Below are positions 63,430 to 64,000 of a stretch of 64,000 bases of DNA, piece after piece (positions within the stretch are counted from its first letter, which is position 1; the number at the start of each line of letters is the position of its first letter). The notes under the pieces are model-generated. The model saw only the letters and a program-made list of their open reading frames with translations, did not search any database and was not told where the DNA came from. The translations under genes and the position numbers were made by a program. The DNA lies in the NCBI GenBank assembly GCA_024278835.1, contig JAJRSK010000064.1, positions 19,101 to 83,100 of the forward strand. Reading direction: 5' to 3'. The stretch is from Campylobacterales bacterium. Lineage in GTDB: Bacteria > Campylobacterota > Campylobacteria > Campylobacterales > QNZT01.

Positions 63430-64000
63430 ATGGAAAAAGAGAACAAAAAGAACCATGAGAGTGAACAACATCAAGATGTGAGTGGTAAAAAAGATGGTGC
63501 TTCACGTCTAAAAGAGATTGGACTTAAAGAAGTTTCTAACAAAACATTTATCAATCTAGAAAACTTAACTGCATTATTAGAAAAAGATTTTGCCAAGTTA
63601 AATAGAACAAAAGCCTTAGGTTTTATACAAATCTTACAACGAGAGTTTGACGTGGATTTAAATGAACTTAAAACAGAGTACCTTCAGTTTGATAATGCCC
63701 ATGTAAAACCCAAAGAAAATTATCAAAAAATCGTAGAGATTGATGAAGATGAGGAAAAATCAAAAAAACTTTTGGCTTATTTGCTTTTAGGTATGGCTAC
63801 TTTGATAGCTGCTTATTTCTTTCTTTCAAATAGTGCAGAGAGTAAAAATGTCTCTTCTGTTGATTTAAATGTAGTGAAAAATGATGTAGTAACACAAGAG
63901 GCAAAAGAGAGCCTTTTGGTAGCTGATGAAGTGTATGAAAAAGAGACAAATGATAGCGATGAAGTGGACTTAAACAAAGTCGTTCAAGAGATGTTTAAAA
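63430..64000 (+). CDS. hypothetical membrane-anchored protein, 3' end outside the window
   Basis: The frame is open from ATG 63430 to the window edge with no stop. One TM helix (LLAYLLLGMATLIAAYFFL). Absent from the ORF track because it is not terminated. Confidence 0.45.
   Translation, partial: MEKENKKNHESEQHQDVSGKKDGASRLKEIGLKEVSNKTFINLENLTALLEKDFAKLNRTKALGFIQILQREFDVDLNELKTEYLQFDNAHVKPKENYQKIVEIDEDEEKSKKLLAYLLLGMATLIAAYFFLSNSAESKNVSSVDLNVVKNDVVTQEAKESLLVADEVYEKETNDSDEVDLNKVVQEMFK

Overview
This is an AT-rich chromosomal segment that looks like Campylobacterota (epsilonproteobacteria). I infer that from gene content: futalosine-pathway mqnA, small c-type cytochromes, a CetB-like PAS protein paired with an MCP, and moaA/moeA/queDE. 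It holds about 70 tightly packed genes. I found no rRNA, tRNA, CRISPR array, IS element or prophage.

Gene blocks, left to right:
- 1-7.6 kb: small-molecule and redox genes, including TetR, an acyl-ACP thioesterase, an SDR, a MocR/PdxR-like regulator with a PNPOx-like gene and a GNAT, a nitroreductase and a SAM methyltransferase.
- 7.6-10.9 kb: a periplasmic cytochrome cluster (frameshifted cytochrome c, a beta-barrel protein, cytochrome P460) with a two-component system.
- 10.9-20.2 kb: DsbD, an MFS transporter, an MscS channel, a CYTH-CHAD protein and DbpA.
- 20.2-22.6 kb: a structured non-coding element followed by a C5-cytosine methyltransferase and a BamHI/BglII-fold restriction endonuclease.
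- 22.6-43.4 kb: envelope and housekeeping genes, including two OmpA/thrombospondin-type-3-repeat modules, a NosL-like protein with a TonB-dependent receptor, miaA, a PAS + MCP-CZB pair, moaA, queE, queD, a cytochrome c lipoprotein and moeA.
- 43.5-60.4 kb: a complete MSHA-like type IV pilus locus.
- 60.4-64 kb: rsmE, rpmE, rsmI and rlmB.

The most striking signal is not a gene. The 10-bp perfect palindrome TATCATGATA occurs 54 times by my manual count, about one per 1.2 kb. Roughly half of the copies extend to the 12-mer CTATCATGATAG. Less than one copy is expected by chance. Every copy lies inside a gene or on a gene boundary. The copies sit in only the two stop-free reading frames (Ile-Met-Ile or Tyr-His-Asp), or they donate an ATG start or a TGA stop.

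Other notable observations:
- a roughly 250-nt multi-hairpin RNA-like element upstream of the R-M genes;
- homopolymeric G tracts in the pilus locus, including a G9 tract at the 5' end of the platform gene and a G6 tract that splits the MshQ-like LamG adhesin gene;
- an OmpA-family gene interrupted by an in-frame TAG;
- a frameshifted cytochrome c gene.

All calls rest on reading the sequence and the ORF translations and on remembered family motifs. No database search was possible.
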